From: Monocercomonoides exilis PA203
Lineage: Eukaryota > Protista > Preaxostyla
Length of the DNA stretch: 64,000 bases
Direction: 5' to 3'
Assembly: GCA_001643675.2 (NCBI GenBank)
Contig: LSRY02000013.1
Span: 1,488,001-1,552,000 of the forward strand
The notes under the pieces were generated by a model that was given only the letters and a program-made list of their open reading frames with translations, had not been told where the DNA came from and ran no database searches. The position numbers and the translations under genes were made by a program. This document shows positions 37,070 to 48,412 of the stretch, piece by piece (position 1 is the first letter of the stretch; the number at the start of each line of letters is the position of its first letter).

Positions 37070-38785
37070 AATGTCAGAACCATTCCGTCCGTTTCTTCTT
37101 TTTCATATGCTCTTTGGAGCATTGCAACAATCATCATGGAAGGGAATTGATTGGCGAAGCAGAGGAAAGAATATCCACCGTTTCGTTTCTATGTGAGTAA
37201 ATGAAAGAGCATTCAGGAGCCTTTCCAGGGCTAGGCAATGAGGAGTACACAAAAGTTAGAGCAGTTGCTGTTGTGGAAGGTGGAGGGGAAATTCAGGATG
37301 GAGAGGCTGTCGTTGGTGAGTTGAAAGTGGCCTTCGAGCATGCTTCGACAGAGCTGGCCGAGAAAAATGATAGTAAAGATAAAGCGCATCATGATGAAGG
37401 AGATTTCTGACATTTTTATTCCAGAAAGATAAAGAAGAACTATGCTTTTGCTAACATTGGCGAGGACTGTTATAAAAAGATGTTCAAAAATGCTTATTGA
37501 TTCATCGTCAAGCATAAGCAAAGTTGAAGCAACTTTGAGAACTGAGAGGTTGATGTGGAAAAGATTAAGGGAGTAAGCAGTGAGAGTACAAGAAGCATAA
37601 GGAAAGAGGCGAAAGGGATGAACAGGTGCGTTGGAGAGGTGAGTGGTGTTTTTGCAGGCACAAAGCAGTTTTGAGTTGAGGCAGACATGTTGGTTGGAAG
37701 GAGAAAAAAGGGATAATTCGAAGGAACAATTGAAGCAGAGGTGGCTTAAAGGATGATGCAGCCATTGAGAAACACAACGGAAGCCAACTGATGGTGTTCA
37801 AATGAACAAGATCAAGACTTCTGGAGATAAACCAGAATCGGAATATGGAAAGAGAGATATGGGCTTCGAAAGAGAAGGAGGAGATCCAGAAGATATTGAC
37901 GAGTGTTGTCGATGCAGAGGATTAATGTGCAAGCGGGTGATCTGCTGGCTTTATCGACGAATATCTGTTGGACGCAGTAGAAGAAGAAGAGGATGAGATT
38001 GTGATCGACATCGAAGTTGAGGCCGGGACGGGAGGAGATGGCGTCGCAAAAGGAGGCTTCTGTGACGAGAGAGAGTTGGAAAAAGTGAAGGGAAAAGAGG
38101 AACTCGTTGTTTAGGCTTGGATGCTGCAGCACTGGAGAAAGATGCACTTGCCCGCAAAGGAGTTATTCAAGGCTCAGCGGAGAGCGAGGAAGGAAATGAA
38201 GTTGGCAGATGCGACAGCTTTGTGAGAGCAGTCGAGAAAGATTCAGTCGCTGTTTGTTGAGCAAGTGATGATGCACTGGATGAGGATGCAAATCGATACG
38301 CGCAACTGTTGAACACTCACGCCTCGGCAGCACAGCCTTCAGCACATCTCCTCTCCGCTTTCCCGCTAGAACTGTCCCGTTGCATGACAGCACGATGTTG
38401 GTGATGTTGGCAAAGTCCAAAGCGAAGACATTTCTAATGTCTGTGGCCGCCAACCTCGAGACAGTCTTTCCGGCCAGTGTGTGGGCTGAAAACATCGAGG
38501 TCAGCGACAGTGATCAAAGAAAACGAGACTGAGAGGGATTTGAGTTCAGAGGAAGTGGATGCAGAAACTGACACAATATACATGAAAAGGAGAGGGCGCA
38601 GTTGTTATAAGACACACGCACTTCAACCGCTTCCACAGTTGCATATGAAAAAGGTGTTTGTGGAGTCTGCATATAAAAAGAGCAGCCTGCAAAAGCCGAG
38701 CAACTGAGGAGGTAGTATCAGGATGAAGGATGAAAGACGAGGAAGATGATGAAGGATTGAGAGAGGGGAAAAAGAAAAAGTTCAA
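37070..38785 (-). pseudogene. Captured/decayed gene fragment, unknown product
   Basis: Chain of minus-strand ORF pieces (38495, 38147, 37801, 37688, 37521) separated by stops or frameshifts. Confidence 0.45.
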
Positions 38786-39398
38786 GTGAAGATTTTCGTT
38801 CTGTGGAAGATTTAAAATTGTCTGAATGAGAAAATCTTAAATATCATGTTGTTTCTTTTGTAATTTTTTTCAATAGCTTTGATCAATTAATTTAAATAAC
38901 TAATTTAAAGAATTATTAATTTAAATACAATTATTAACAATGAACAATTGTTTATTCGACAAATATTATGTGCTTCCATCATATTTCTCTATATGCGTTA
39001 ATGAAAATTATTCGTTTTCTATAAATGTTTCAAGATCTTCATAGTCAATTTATAAAATTCTTTGCATTAACATCATAAAACTAGTTTTTTAAATAAAAAA
39101 TAGATTGATTTCATATTGTTATTATTGTTTTCACGTTTAAAATACCAGTGAACATTTGTATCGTTCTGTTTATTGAATTATCGATATTTTCTATTAATTT
39201 TTTATGTTTTCTTCAAATTTTGTAATAAAAACAATTAAAATCAAATTAAAATCAACAAATTAATAATTATAATAATATATTAATGCATATTTTCGCAAAT
39301 TTTTTCTGAAATATTTTCTTATAAACCAAACCCTTAATAAAATAATTTTTTGATCAAACTTCGTAATTTTTTATGATATCATAAAAAATCACCCATAT

Positions 39399-39651
39399 AG
39401 AAAAGCTCTTGTGCCAGCATTGGCAGATGCTGTGAGTGCTGCGTTGGAACCTAGAACTATTAAATAATCGTTCAACACTTGCGGGATTGAGCCATTTGAT
39501 CCGTCAGTTGTTTTAGACCGACTGCCCAATCAGTCTTCAATTGCAAAAATATCTTCAATTAGTTCATCGGCCCGTGCTTCAAATGGAGTCTTTAACATGA
39601 AAGTTTTAACAAGTGATGATTTTGTTCAGGAGAACGAACCAAGTGAAAAAG
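39399..39651 (+). pseudogene. pogo transposase, 3' part
   Basis: RKALVPALADAVSAALEPRTIK*SFNTCGIEPFDP matches the I..SF..CGI.P motif that follows DDE_1 domains; in frame with the 5' part across the TSD. Confidence 0.85.
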
Positions 39652-40574
39652 GTTTGAGAAATTTCATTTAATTTGAATGAAATGATTATCTAATTTATTC
39701 TTATTTTATAATTCCGAGAAAAAGAAAAAAGCGAATCCAGAACCTTGAAAGGCAGAATGCAAAAGCAAATGTCAGAGAGGAAAGAAAAAGAGGATAAACG
39801 TGATGGGGAAACAAAATGCAAGATATCGGAACAAACTCGCGAAGAAGAAATAGATGAATCTTCTTTGTTTTCAGGAGAAAAACGAAAAAGAAAGCAAGTA
39901 TCTTAAACAAAATGGGGAAAACTATTTTATTTCAGCTGAAAGCGACTTTTCTTTTCAAACAATTTTGTTTTGCAACTTGTTGATAGAATTTTTTTCATTT
40001 TGTTCGATTATTTTCATATGGTCTCATATCAGCCAATGTTTCTTTTCGATAGTGATTTTGAATGCTCATTTCATTTATAATCAAGAAAAACATATTAAAA
40101 AAACATCGTATAAACATTTTTTCAAATAAATATTTATTTTTGTTAATTCAAAAAAAAAGAAAACAGGAAGCGGAGTCAATTGTTGAAAAACTTTTCAATT
40201 GATTGGACATTCCCGGGTTTTGTCCCTTTCCCGAGTTTTGTACATGTCTTTAAGTGCAAAGAAACATCTCCTCCAATTTCACGATTTCATTCATGATAAT
40301 ATGTGATAATAAATAACATAAAAAAACAACACTTTTGGGTGGAGTAGTTTTTTGAGATATCAACAAAAAATATCAAGAATTAATATTTGTGATCTGTCCC
40401 ATAATTAAATTTTCAATTCAAACTTTTTTGCTTTAAACTTTAATGCCCGTGAGTTGAAAGTTTATCTTAGGAATTAATAATGCAGTACTTAAAAATTTTA
40501 CAAATGAGGTGTGATATTTTCAATTTATCTCTGTATTAAAACCTATTTTTCTGATTTTTTAAATATGTGATTTT

Positions 40575-41440
40575 AATAGCGACTTCTTGTTCGTTCAACA
40601 ATTGTTCAACCAATAATCATGGTGGAGCAATATGTTGCGATTACCTACTTAACATAGACATCATAAAATGCAATTTCACAAACTGTTCGGCATTTCATGG
40701 AGGAGCAACTTGCAAGCTTATCCACAATCCAATTCTGTTTATTCATTCTCAGAAAACAAAGTGGAAAGTTGTAAAATCACAAGTACAATTGGAACTGGTT
40801 GGTATTTTGCTCTTGGAAATGATTATACAAATTTTCATTTCGTGTTTTCCAAATGCAAGTGAATCGCAAATTCTGGTGGAGATTCTGCTGGTTCTTTAAC
40901 ATTTTATAATCCTCCACAAAATAAACCAAGTCAGTTTTCAATCAATGATTGTCAGTTCATAAACAACAAATTGACATCAACTTCAACTTCATGGGGAGGT
41001 GCTGAGCTTTGCTGCACAGCAACTTATTCCTGGATGAGCGGAAATAAATTCATCACATTTTGTTTCTTCGATGGCAACTCCGCCAAAAATGGAAGAGGAA
41101 ACGATGTATTCTTCAGCGGTAATGCCATCATTCAGTCTCCATTTGAAAATTGCGGTTCAACAACTCCAACAAAAAGACTGTGGAATAACAATACAGCTGA
41201 TAGTGATGTGTACAATGGCTGGCTCCCCCTCGTTGCCCAGAATAAAATCGTTGCCAGCAATGGAACGAATTCTGATGCCTGTGGCAGACCCCAACAGACC
41301 CCATGTGCCACCATCGAGTATGTTCTCAACGGCTTCATTTCCCTCCTCCACGATGCCTCCCTCACCCTCCTCACCTCTATATTTATCCCAGCTCAAACAC
41401 TCTATTTCTGCGCAGCTGATGCAGAATATTCTGGAAATGA
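40575..41440 (+). pseudogene. Captured, frameshifted fragment of a Cys/GGA-repeat protein gene (paralog of 61988-63175)
   Basis: Aligns by eye with 62520-63130 (FNNCS..HGGA, SENKVESC, WGGA.LCCTATYSW, FITFCFFDGN, GRGNDVFF, QSPFENCGSTTPT); starts ~60 bp inside the left TIR. Confidence 0.85.
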
Positions 41441-43414
41441 AACAATTGCTTTGCCATTTGAATCTTCATGTAATGTCCATTGACATAACTCAATTTCATT
41501 GTCAAATTTTATTTTTATCATTTGCCTCTTCCTCCTCTTCCTCCTCTTCCTCCTCTTCATCGATCTCTTCTCCACCTTCTCCTCTCCTCTACTCTCATTT
41601 ACATCTTCAATACTCCTTCTACGACTTATTCGTGATCTTTTTCTCCTGTAATATCTCTCTTCTCCTCCCATGCCCACTTTCCTGAGTATTTGCTCTATAC
41701 TCTCCATCAAAAACCATTCCTTCAGAGCTAAATTCGTCATTTGCACAGGTTCTGCTTGCGAAACGAAGCCATGTGCCTGTAAGTCATTGACTTCAACATC
41801 AAAAAGAAGTCTCTCCCACACTTCTAACTCTTTCAAGCGGATTTCAGAAGCTCCTTGTGAAGTACCGACTTTGCAAGGTGAGTCAACTGTGGGAGTGTCT
41901 TTTGCTGAATCTCAAACTTTCACGATTCTTCAAGACTTGCCCACGCTTGCCTCGTCACTGCAGAACTTCCTCGCAACAATGAAATCGGCAGGGCATTCGT
42001 AATGCCTCGTTAACGACTTGATCCTCCTTCCAAACTCGCACTTTCAGCACTGTCTCTTCTGAACAGCTATTTCATTCAGTCAAGCATATTCAAGTTCGCA
42101 TCATGTTTATTTTCTCCACATTTCATTGAACAAAGATAGTCCAATTTTATTATATTATCTGTTCTATCAGAAAAAGAGATTGATATGGAGACAAAAAAGT
42201 TGAAGCAAAAGAAAGGAAATCAAAAGGATGCTATTAAAAAAGATGAAAATATGAAAAAGATAGACGAAATGATATAGTTTATGTTGTGGTTTGTTTAACT
42301 GTTTTCATTTTTGGAAAAATGTCAATAGTTGTTGAAAATTACTCATTTTTTGTTGTTCACTTGAGGTTTTAAAAAGCTAACATTGTTTTTATAACATCAA
42401 AAAAAAAACAAAAATTGCATCATTTTTTCTGTTTGTGAACATGAAATATATTCGTGTTTTCAAAAGTTTTTCATTTTAAACATTTAAACTTTATGCAACA
42501 TTAAAAAAATCAACTTGACATAATTTTCATATAAAATACTGAAATTAATTATCACTTAAAAAGACGATCACATACGAATGAAATGAGCTAAAAATCAAAT
42601 AAACAAAATACATGTAAAAACTTAATCAAATGGAACATAAATGATTATCTTCATTTCACTAATAATCTTTCTTATTAATTTAAAATAAACTTCAGATAAA
42701 CAAGGTTTTCACAATAAAAAATTAAAAGATTAATTTGATACGTTTACAACAACTTCTAAAGCTTAAAAAAATATTAAAATTTTCGAAAATAAATTGAATG
42801 AATATGTGGATGTTACAATTTAGAAGGTCATGAAAAAGTTTTTAGCATTGCACTTAAAAATAACAATAAAGTGTAAATTTCACACCTCATTTGTAAAATT
42901 TTTAAGTACTGCATTATTAATTCCTAAGATAAACTTTCAACTCACGGGCATTAAAGTTTAAAGCAAAAAAGTTTGAATTGAAAATTTAATTATGGGACAG
43001 ATCACAAATATTAATTCTTGATATTTTTTGTTGATATCTCAAAAAACTACTCCACCCAAAAGTGTTGTTTTTTTATGTTATTTATTATCACATATTATCA
43101 TGAATGAAATCGTGAAATTGGAGGAGGTGTTTTTTTACACTTATGCCGAAATTAATCTACGTGATTTGAAGGTTTAAAAAAAATTTTTTTTTACATATAA
43201 TATTATCTGTAACGTGAGTCATTCTTTTTGATAAATTGCAAATGTTTGGGTTTTACGTTTCAACGACTTTTTACATTTTTTGAAGCGTTCAAGCAATCTA
43301 ACAGTCAAATATGAAATGAATGTCAATAATTGCAAATCGGTAATATTACATTGCACAAAAAAGTGTGAGTGAAACTTTTCACATACTTATTTAAAGAATT
43401 CTTGAGAAAATGCC

Positions 43415-44312
43415 AACTTTCAATGAACCATAAAATAAAACATTTACGATTTCGCAAAAAAAAATATTCATATGAGTTATTATTTCAGAAATCATTGCAT
43501 ACACCAAAAATTATTTAAAGTCGAAAAACTTTCATTCAAAGTCGAAAATTTTCAACCAAAGTCGAAAAAGTTGCAAACGAAATCGAAAACTTTCAATGGA
43601 AATTAAAATTTTTATCATGAAAAATAAATGTTTTATTAATGTTATTAAAGAAAAGAAAATATTTATTCGTTTATTAAAGAAAAAATTATCACAATATTTG
43701 TGAATATGTTTTCTGCGAATTTTGATAGTTTCAAGCCAAAAATAAACTCAAAAATCAACTCGAAACGAAACACAAAATATTTGTTTCATTCCATAAGAAA
43801 TGAGTATTTTGTTTTATAAAACTCGAAATAAGAGACGTAATACTGTTTTCATCATTTTTTAAAATAAAGTTGGATTATAAGAAACAATAATTTTCTTTTG
43901 CAAATCTTCTGAAAAGCAATGAACAAACAATAGAAATGAGATAAAATGTGTTTAAATTCCTCTCATATTTTTTTTGCAATTGGACAAAAGGAAGTACAAA
44001 AATATTTAGGAAAAAGAGATGAAAAATCATTAAAATTACATATATTATCAATATATCAACAATAAATATGTTTTTTGACTTTTATTGAATATTGTCAACT
44101 AGCCGAAATTTTTGACAATTTCGAACTTTCGACTTCGATTGAAAATTTTTCAATTTTGGTTGATAGTTTTTCGATTTTGAATAATTTTTGGTGCATTTTT
44201 GGGTGTTGATAATTCTGAAGTTGTTAGTCTTTGACTTGAAAATATTTCTTTTAAATGAAAAATATTTAACATTTCTTTTTTGAGCGAATGTTTGAGATTT
44301 GTTCATTGAAAT
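43415..44312. repeat. Degenerate inverted repeat with ~21-bp AAAGTCGAAAA subrepeats (old MITE-like relic)
   Basis: 43498-43575 is an imperfect reverse complement of ~44120-44195; TTTCAATGAAC 43418 mirrors GTTCATTGAAA 44301. Ends and TSD not resolved. Confidence 0.5.
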
Positions 44313-45162
44313 TTTATCAACATATGGAAGATATATAGGTGATAATTTTTGAAATCATTTTTTTTGGAACAAAAAATTCGGTTCATTAATACATTTTTGA
44401 ATTTTTGTTTAAAAACTCAGAAAAGTGATAACTCAAATCAAAGAAAATCTCTTTCAAATAATTTCATCAACTATTGGCTTTTAAAACGATTGATAAACAT
44501 TTGACATTTGTTTGATAATTATTAAGCAAATGAAATCGAGTTTTTTAAAAAAAAACAACACCCAGAAAAAAGTTACGATTTCAAAAATAATCACCCAAAA
44601 TTTTTGTGATCATTTTTTCATATGAAACGCAAATTTTCTATCAGAAAATTTTGGCATAAAAAATCTGATATCAAAAATAATCATCCACATGGGGGAATAT
44701 TCAAACTTTCAATCTTATTTGTGAAAACAAAAAAAAATTATATCACTAATAACCGAAAGAAATGCTTTCTCATTTTTCTGATTATATTAAATTTACATTT
44801 TTCATTTGCAGTAATCATTGTTGTTTTCACAAGATGGTTTGTTACGTTCTTTATGTGACACAAAAATATATTCATTTTGTTCGTTAAAGAAAACAAATAG
44901 GTTGTTCACAACGTGAAAATTATACAAAAATCAACCTTAAGTTTTATTTTTTATCCCCTATTATTTTGGAAATGCATAATAATTCTATTTTATTTTTAAT
45001 GAGGTGCCTTTTTTATTTTTTATTTTTTATTTTCATTTTTTATTTTATATTTTATGTTTTTTTTATTTTATTTTATTTTATTTTTTTCGATAAGAAATGA
45101 TCTTTGAGCACACTAATAAAACAGATTTACAAACTGTGAGAAAGGTTGCGAAATTTCATATA

Positions 45163-45558
45163 CAGATATCTCATAAAATACAGGACATCGTACAAAATAC
45201 CGGACAAGATCGATTTCACAATAATTGCAAGAGGAATAATTCTGACAATTTTCCTCAAAACACACCTCATCAATGCAAACTCATTTGATATACAAATTTT
45301 TCAAAGCAACTTCATTTGTGCTCAGACAATAGTTATTATAAAATTCTCGTAGAAACAAAAAATCCAATTTCTCCGAGAATTAAATAATAATTTTCTGTGA
45401 GCACAAATGAAGCTGTTTTGAAAGTATCTTATTTCGATTGAGTTTGTATTGATGAGATATATTTTCAGGAAAATTATTAGAATTTTTCTTCTTGCAATTA
45501 TTGTGAATCGATCTTGTCCGGTATTTTGTGCGATGTCCGGTATTTTATGCGATATTTG
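45163..45558. mobile_element. Fold-back MITE, Tc1/mariner type (396 bp)
   Basis: TA on both sides (45161-62, 45559-60); CAGATATC..GATATTTG ends; the whole element is an imperfect palindrome with tandem AAAATAC(A/C)GGACA boxes in each arm. Confidence 0.85.
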
Positions 45559-45799
45559 TAACTATTCTTTTGTGACTTTTATTTATCCTCACTTATTTCT
45601 GTGAAATTTAAGTTGAAGCAATTTTATAAACATAAAGATTGACCAACATTTAAAAATATTCACTCCTTTTAGTTATCTGCCAACTTTCCCAAGCTATTCA
45701 TTAATAAGGTGTTAATTTTTAATACTTGAAAGTTATCAATTCTTTTTCTATTTTCAATCAATTATGGTTGATGACCATAATAGAGTTGTTAATCTCAAA

Positions 45800-47154
45800 A
45801 TGAAATTCTTTTGTCTTCTTTGTTGTGTTGATTTTTTTCGGCTGTCCAATTGTACTGAATTTTCCGCAATTGATGAATATGATAGTGAGATGCAATCTGG
45901 TTTGGTTTTTTTTGAAATGAAATATTTAAAATAAATTTTTTAAAGATGATCTAAAGTCGATATTATTCGCAATGGATGATACAAAAGAGGAGAAATGCAT
46001 TAAAGAACTCTTTCACTTCGTTAACGATAATGATTTGAAAGGATTGAATCGGTCATATTATGCAATAGGGTTATATAATTGTTTAACTGGTGCAAAAGGA
46101 ATGCCATTCATTTCATATCGAACAAACTTCAAGTTAATTTTTCTTTCTTTCTTTTCTTTTTCTGTTTTTGATGTTCAGTTAGTTGCGAGAAAGGCTTGCA
46201 CATCGAGAAATGCAGCACAGGACTTTCAATTTACCAAATGAAAACGATAAATGCTTTAAATAAGTCGCTTGGTTTTCTTTTTTCATTTTGGAAAATAATT
46301 TTATGTGTAATCTTTCATTTGGTACTTTTTTTATCATTTTGTATTTCATTAGATGCTGTGAAATTATATGCATCAGATGCTTCAAATGAGGAAAAGAGAA
46401 AACAATTTAAGAAAATTTTTGATGAAATGGCAGTGAAAGTTCAGATGATTTTGATTCATTCATATCCGATCTTTAAAGATGCAAAAGAAGAGAATATCCT
46501 GGAAATCGTGCACTTTCTCAAAAAAATATTTAGTTATCAATATTTAGACATTTACTTGAATTGCAATATGGTTTACCTTTTTTTTGCTGAAGAATACAGA
46601 AACTTTCATGAGATTTACGGTGTGCTACTAATGTTCAATCTTAATGTTCAGCAGCATTTTTCATTAACTTGAATGTATTAAAAATATCTGTTTTAAACTA
46701 AAAAACACAAATTCATTCAAAAAATTTTTTTAATTTTATTTTTAAATATTTTTATTTTATTTTATTTTATTTTATCTAATTTTATCTTATCTTATTTAAT
46801 TTAATTTAATTTAATTTAATTTTTACAGATTCATCATTTCTTTCTGATCCAACGAAGGAGAATGTTGAGTTTGTGTTGGCATTTATGGAATTTATCAAGC
46901 ACTTGTTTGAAACAGCCTTGCCTTTGGTTGAATCTTCTATTATTCCCTTTGAAGAAGCTGATAAAATGATTGATGAGGTTTATGAAAAATACGAAAAAGA
47001 AGGGGAAAAAGATAAAATGAATCAGAATTTAGCTGTTTTTTTCTGTGTTAAAGGGATGAGTCAATATTCAAAGATTATAAAGGAATTTATTGAGGAAACG
47101 ATTGTGGAGTTAGAGAGAGAAATAGAGAAAGTGCAAAAATTGAGATTGAAATAA
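45800..47154 (+). CDS. Multi-exon hypothetical protein, possible signal peptide
   Basis: ATG 45800 MKFFCLLCC..; GTTTGG/..AG introns; coding-like exons at 45946, 46179, 46353 and 46829-47154. Exact splicing uncertain. Confidence 0.5.
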
Positions 47155-47198
47155 TGGAAAAGGAAGAAAGGAAGGAAGGAAGAAGAAAGAGAGAGGAA

Positions 47199-47409
<211 letters not shown>

Positions 47410-48412
47410 AAGAAGAAGAATTTAAAGAAGAAGGAGGAGAAAATGAAGAAGAAGAAAGTGAATTTAATGAGGCCAATACATTGAAACGGACAGATTAATG
47501 AATTTGGATTCACGGTTTTCAATTTAATTTCAATTTTAATTTTTTTGGGGTATTTTTTTCCAAATTTTCATTGAAATGTCTTGATTTCAATTTAAAACAC
47601 ATTTTTATTTCAATATTTTTTTTTTGAATTTATAATAGATGAATATTGCGGTTTTGTTTGTTTATTTTTATTTTATTTTTTATTTTCTATTTCCTTTTAT
47701 TTTCGAGCGAAAAGTTATCTTTTGCACATGAGATAAAGAATTTCTATGAAAAAATGATTTTTTTTTATTTTTTTTGATTTTCTTTAATTCAATTCCGCAA
47801 TGAAGTCTTTTTCTGTTTAATGTTTTGTTGTTTATACAGTTACTTGTATGCATTTCTTCATTTATTTCAATAAATGTTTGGCCTTTTGAGAATTTTAGTT
47901 TTTTTTTAACCAAGTATTTTTAAATAGAAAAGAAAAGAAAATTTTTCAATTCGGTTCTGCATTTCTTGAAAATCATGGAAATGAAAACAAGTTTCCCAAT
48001 CTCGAATTGAAAATAAATCATGTGACATCAATCATGAAAAGAAAAACTGTTCAATTAATTTTTTATTCCTCAGAATCTTGTTTCTTTTTCATTAATGAAT
48101 GCTATATCCGTAAATTTTTGATATAAAATAACTCAATTTCTCTGGAATAATAGAAAAATAAGAGTTAATGAAGCAATACGCATTTTTAGAACAAATTTGA
48201 AACTTGTGCTTATAAAACTCTTACAAATCAATTCTTCATTAAAAATTGAAAATTGATAAAAAAAATTTAAACAAAAGTTTAACCATCAAACAAGAAAATT
48301 AACTTCAACAAAATCCAATTAATAAATGTTAACAACAAGATTTCTCTCATCCCCTCAATCAGTCATTTTTATAAAAGATCAAAAGATCAAAAAGCTCAAT
48401 AAATAAGACTTA

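Larger units (their letters stand above)
15585..39394 (+). mobile_element. Giant (23,810 bp) Sola2-like DNA transposon carrying two USP domains and host-gene cargo
   Basis: ATAT TSD at 15581-15584 and 39395-39398. 28-bp TIRs GGGTGATTTTTT(T/A)TGATATCATAAAAAA with one mismatch. Removing the element restores the pogo frame (..GISSY|RKALVPALADAV..). Internal Sola2-like transposase. Confidence 0.9.
14210..40250 (+). mobile_element. pogo-like (Tc1/mariner superfamily) DNA transposon, interrupted
   Basis: TA TSD at 14208-14209 and 40251-40252. 49-bp TIRs at 14210-14258 and 40202-40250 with 4 mismatches, each holding two GGACAAAACCCGGGAA-like direct repeats. Contains a DDE_1-type transposase. Confidence 0.93.
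14204..43147. mobile_element. Non-autonomous long-TIR DNA transposon (Mutator/Pack-MULE- or Merlin-like), ~2.9 kb once nested insertions are removed
   Basis: 8-bp TSD GAAATTAA at 14196-14203 and 43148-43155. Left TIR = GGCATA (14204-14209) + 40253-40514; right TIR 42880-43147 is its near-perfect reverse complement. GG..CC termini; no transposase inside. Confidence 0.9.

Noticed and set aside
19358-39470. Alternative genetic code (TAA/TAG = Gln, as in some oxymonads) explaining in-frame stops in cargo and pogo
   Set aside because: The same frames also contain TGA stops and frameshifts; intact genes end in TAA (13719, 16277, 28915) and encode poly-Q only with CAA/CAG.
43505-43600. CRISPR-like array
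   Set aside because: Units are adjacent and degenerate with no unique spacers and no cas genes; eukaryotic context.
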